Assembly: GCA_963775465.1 (NCBI GenBank)
Contig: CAVZIW010000010.1
Location: 1-64,000, forward strand
DNA length: 64,000 bases
Source: Candidatus Bathyarchaeota archaeon
GTDB lineage: Archaea > Thermoproteota > Bathyarchaeia > Bathyarchaeales > Bathycorpusculaceae
Direction of reading: 5' to 3'
Part shown: piece by piece, positions 60,833-64,000 of the stretch
Layout: each line of letters opens with the position of its first letter
How positions within the stretch are numbered: position 1 is the stretch's first letter
The notes under the pieces: model-generated
Told to the model about the DNA's origin: nothing
Seen by the model: the letters and a program-made list of their open reading frames with translations, nothing else
The model's database searches: none
Translations under genes and position numbers: made by a program

Positions 60833-61696
60833 ATGAGTCAGTGTTTGATGCTTTTTTCTGACGGTGGAGCACGTGGAAATCCAGGTCCAGCAGCCATCGC
60901 ATTTGTAGCCTTAAACGAAGGAGGCGAAATAATAAAGACGGCTGCCCAATTCATTGGTATTCACACAAACAACCAAGCTGAATATCGAGCACTCTTGTTA
61001 GGTTTAAGCTTTGCTAAAGGTACCAAAACCCAAGAGGTTATCTGTCACCTCGACAGCGAACTGGTTGCAAAACAACTCAACGGCGAATATACCGTAAAAA
61101 ACTCTCAGCTTCAACAACTCTGGCAAAAAGTCCAAGAACAAAAACGATACTTTAAACAAATTATTTTTGTTAATGTTCCAAGAGAGCATTCTCAAATCCA
61201 AAGAGCAGATGCACTAGTTAACAAAACTTTAGATGAACAAGCTGCAAAAATATCAACTAAAGGATTAATCGAATTAAATCAGACTTCGAATGGTGAAGTG
61301 GAAAGTAGTATGTTTGTACATGCTAGTATTCGCACAAGCAATATGGAGCGGTCAATAGATTTTTACTCAAAATTTTTAGGGTTAAGAGTTAAGAGTCGCC
61401 GAGAAATCAAGCAGACCAACGCGGAAATAGCTTTTCTCCAAGATTCCCAAAGTAAAGGTTGCACACTAGAGTTGACATTTTATCGTGATCAAGAAAAGTT
61501 TGATCAGCCACCCTATGAAAATCGACTATTTGACCATTTAGGTTTCATAATCTTCAACATGGAAGAAACTATTTCCTGCTTGAAAAACGCTGGTGTGACT
61601 GTGACGGATGAACCCTTCAAACTAAATGAGAACACAACAATTGCTTTTATTGAAGACCCAGACGGAACCTTGATTGAGTTAATCGAACATAAATAA
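60833..61696 (+). CDS. Ribonuclease HI fused to a VOC/glyoxalase domain
   Basis: DGGARGNPGPA, TNNQAEY, DSELV, ADALVN; then HASIRTSNM..SIDFY, LELT, DHLGF, FIEDPDGTLIELI. Confidence 0.88.
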   Translation: MSQCLMLFSDGGARGNPGPAAIAFVALNEGGEIIKTAAQFIGIHTNNQAEYRALLLGLSFAKGTKTQEVICHLDSELVAKQLNGEYTVKNSQLQQLWQKVQEQKRYFKQIIFVNVPREHSQIQRADALVNKTLDEQAAKISTKGLIELNQTSNGEVESSMFVHASIRTSNMERSIDFYSKFLGLRVKSRREIKQTNAEIAFLQDSQSKGCTLELTFYRDQEKFDQPPYENRLFDHLGFIIFNMEETISCLKNAGVTVTDEPFKLNENTTIAFIEDPDGTLIELIEHK

Positions 61697-61720
61697 ATTA
61701 TTTCACAACTAAAACGCAAA

Positions 61721-62377
61721 CTAAAACAAATAAATAAGCCAGCATTTCCATGTAGCAAATATTATCTTTAAATTAGCCTTATTATTTCCACCAATACGAG
61801 GCTTACTGCGTCTTGACGGAGCTACATAATTGATTTCGCCCACCTTAAAACCATGCTTTCTTGCAGCAACTAAAAATTCACCGCCAAAAGTTTCCCCACC
61901 AAGAATATTCTGAGTAATTGCTTGTTTTTTATAAGCTCTGAAATTCGAGAAAAAATCCGAAACTCCAATCGTTTTACCCAATGTTTTAGATGCTAATCTC
62001 TCTGAGAAACGAGGTACAACTGTTCGGGAAGCTACTACTACATCATAAACATTTAATTTTTCTACTAAGGCAAGTATCTTTTCAGGTGTGTTCTCTAAAT
62101 CAGAATCAATGGTTACTATTATTGAAAATCTAGATAGTTTTGCCCCAAACAGTAGACCCTTTGTCTGTCCTTCTCTAACTTTGCCAACAGCAATATCTGC
62201 AAACTGTTTTGCAACTTCAAGAGTTCCATCCAATGAACTATCATCAACAACGATTATTTCATGAGGTATTCCACTGAGTGTTTGGTTGACTCTACGTATT
62301 AGCTCTTCAATATTTTCTTTTTCGTTCCAAGTAGTAGTCACGACGGATACACCGTCAATTTTGAAGTTTGAATCCAT
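61721..62377 (-). CDS. GT2 glycosyltransferase
   Basis: TTWNE, VVDDSSLDGT, IDSDL, ASR. Confidence 0.85.
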   Translation of the reverse strand: MDSNFKIDGVSVVTTTWNEKENIEELIRRVNQTLSGIPHEIIVVDDSSLDGTLEVAKQFADIAVGKVREGQTKGLLFGAKLSRFSIIVTIDSDLENTPEKILALVEKLNVYDVVVASRTVVPRFSERLASKTLGKTIGVSDFFSNFRAYKKQAITQNILGGETFGGEFLVAARKHGFKVGEINYVAPSRRSKPRIGGNNKANLKIIFATWKCWLIYLF

Positions 62378-62590
62378 TAGGTTCCATAAGCCTCTTTGAA
62401 GGTTAAAAGTTCTTTTGCTTCTAAAAATTTTCTTCTTTTTCTCCTTCTTTTTTATGTCTTGTTTTTCTTTTCAATCTTGGGTTTTTCAGTCATACTACAG
62501 TGAGATGTAACATCGTAATGTTAAAATAATTGGAGGACTGATGTGTTAACGAATTTCAAAATTAGGATAAATTAATAGAAGGAATGAAAA

Positions 62591-63895
62591 ATGAGCAAAA
62601 GCGATAAACCCCACTTAAACCTTATAATCATGGGGCACGTTGATGCCGGAAAATCAACATCAACTGGGCACCTACTATACTTAGCAGGAGCAATTGACGA
62701 AAGGACAATCAAATCGTATCAAGACGAAGCAGAAAAAATGGGCAAAGGCACATTTGCATTTGCTTGGGTCCTTGACAACCTCAAAGAAGAACGTGAGCGA
62801 GGTGTTACAATTGACCTTAGATTCCTGCAGTTCCAAACCAAGAAATATAATTACACGGTAATTGATGCACCTGGTCACAGAGACTTCGTCAAGAACATGA
62901 TTACAGGCGCAAGTCAAGCAGATGCCGCAGTTCTGTTTGTTTCATCCAAAAAAGGTGAATTCGAAGCAGGTATCGGCGCAGGTGGACAAACAAGAGAACA
63001 TGCATTCTTAGGTTTCACTTTGGGTATCCGACAAGTTATCGTTGCAATTAATAAGATGGACGATATCTCATCTAACTACAGCCAAGAAAGATACGACGAA
63101 ATTAAGAATGAAGTTTCTAGAATGCTCAGAATGGTTGGCTATAAAGTTGATAAAATTCACTTTGTTCCATGTTCAGGATGGACAGGCGAAAACCTGCTTA
63201 AGAAAAGCGATAAAATGCCATGGTATACAGGTCCAACCCTCATGGAAGCATTTGATATGTTGGAAATACCAAGCAAACCAACTAACAAGCCCCTTCGTGT
63301 TCCAGTTCAAGATGTTTACACTATCACAGGTATCGGTACGGTTCCAGTGGGCAGAGTAGAAACAGGCACACTCAAGCCAGGAGCAAAAATCATCTTTATG
63401 CCATCAAACAAGACAGCTGAAGTTAAATCAATCGAAATGCACCACACTAGCATTCCAATCGCAGAGCCAGGCGACAACATTGGCATGAACGTTAGAGGAA
63501 TCGCAAAAAATGACGTTCACCGAGGAGATGTCGCTGGTCCAGCTGAAAACCCACCAACAGTTGCAAAAGAATTCATCGGACAAATCATTGTTATCTATCA
63601 CCCAACAGCTATCGCCGCAGGATACACACCAGTCCTCCACTATCATACAGGACAAATCGCAGTTAAATTCACTGAACTCATAAAGAAAATTGACCCACGC
63701 ACTGGACAAGTATCCGAAGAGCACCCAAGCTACCTCAAAACAGGAGATGCTGCTTGGGTACGAATGGAACCACTTCACCCCATCGCAATCGAAACCTTCA
63801 CTGATTTCGCAGAACTCGGTAGATTTGCAATTCGAGACATGGGCACAACTGTTGCAGCAGGCGCCGTTAAAGAAATAACTAAAAAGGGATTATAA
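62591..63895 (+). CDS. tuf: Translation elongation factor aEF-1 alpha
   Basis: [45 protein letters not shown]. Confidence 0.98.
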   Translation: MSKSDKPHLNLIIMGHVDAGKSTSTGHLLYLAGAIDERTIKSYQDEAEKMGKGTFAFAWVLDNLKEERERGVTIDLRFLQFQTKKYNYTVIDAPGHRDFVKNMITGASQADAAVLFVSSKKGEFEAGIGAGGQTREHAFLGFTLGIRQVIVAINKMDDISSNYSQERYDEIKNEVSRMLRMVGYKVDKIHFVPCSGWTGENLLKKSDKMPWYTGPTLMEAFDMLEIPSKPTNKPLRVPVQDVYTITGIGTVPVGRVETGTLKPGAKIIFMPSNKTAEVKSIEMHHTSIPIAEPGDNIGMNVRGIAKNDVHRGDVAGPAENPPTVAKEFIGQIIVIYHPTAIAAGYTPVLHYHTGQIAVKFTELIKKIDPRTGQVSEEHPSYLKTGDAAWVRMEPLHPIAIETFTDFAELGRFAIRDMGTTVAAGAVKEITKKGL

Positions 63896-64000
63896 ACCTC
63901 CCTTTACCATTTTTGTGTTTGTTATTTTAACGAAATTCTAAATAATTATTTCCTGTTTTAGAGGTAACTTAAGTCTTATACGCAACAATTATTGTTTCTC

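Noticed and set aside
62377-62493. Lys/Arg-rich minus-strand mini-ORF upstream of the GT2 gene
   Set aside because: Stops after 13 codons; the low-complexity purine tract explains the apparent coding pattern
62591-64000. tuf not flanked by fusA or rpsJ
   Set aside because: Break-up of this cluster is common in TACK archaea, and the window ends 105 nt after the stop, so downstream context is unknown

Overview
Archaeal chromosomal window, most consistent with Bathyarchaeia/TACK (inferred from aEF-1A, RadA, aRF1-like, RqcH, RpoH and archaeal HMG-CoA synthase sequences plus archaeal promoter/RBS signals). It holds about 60 mostly housekeeping or metabolic CDSs: tungstate ABC + ModE, hcp, two amt, korAB, nrdR-nrdD-nrdG, dinB, metG, radA, pncB and tuf. 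There is one tRNA-Ser(GCT) and several small ORFs missed by the track. I found no CRISPR array, rRNA or recognisable mobile element. The most unusual signals are remodelled paralogues of core enzymes: (1) a thiolase lacking all canonical catalytic motifs, coupled to a DUF35-HMG-CoA synthase fusion; (2) an MshC-like CysRS paralogue with an altered Zn site and no anticodon-binding domain, directly downstream of a peroxiredoxin; (3) an aRF1 paralogue that keeps GGQ but has lost the stop-codon recognition motifs; (4) a eukaryote-type full-length RPB5/RpoH outside the rpoB operon. Frameshifts in the helicase, tupA and amt2 are mostly single-base insertions and may be sequencing errors. All calls come from motif recognition by eye; no database searches were run.
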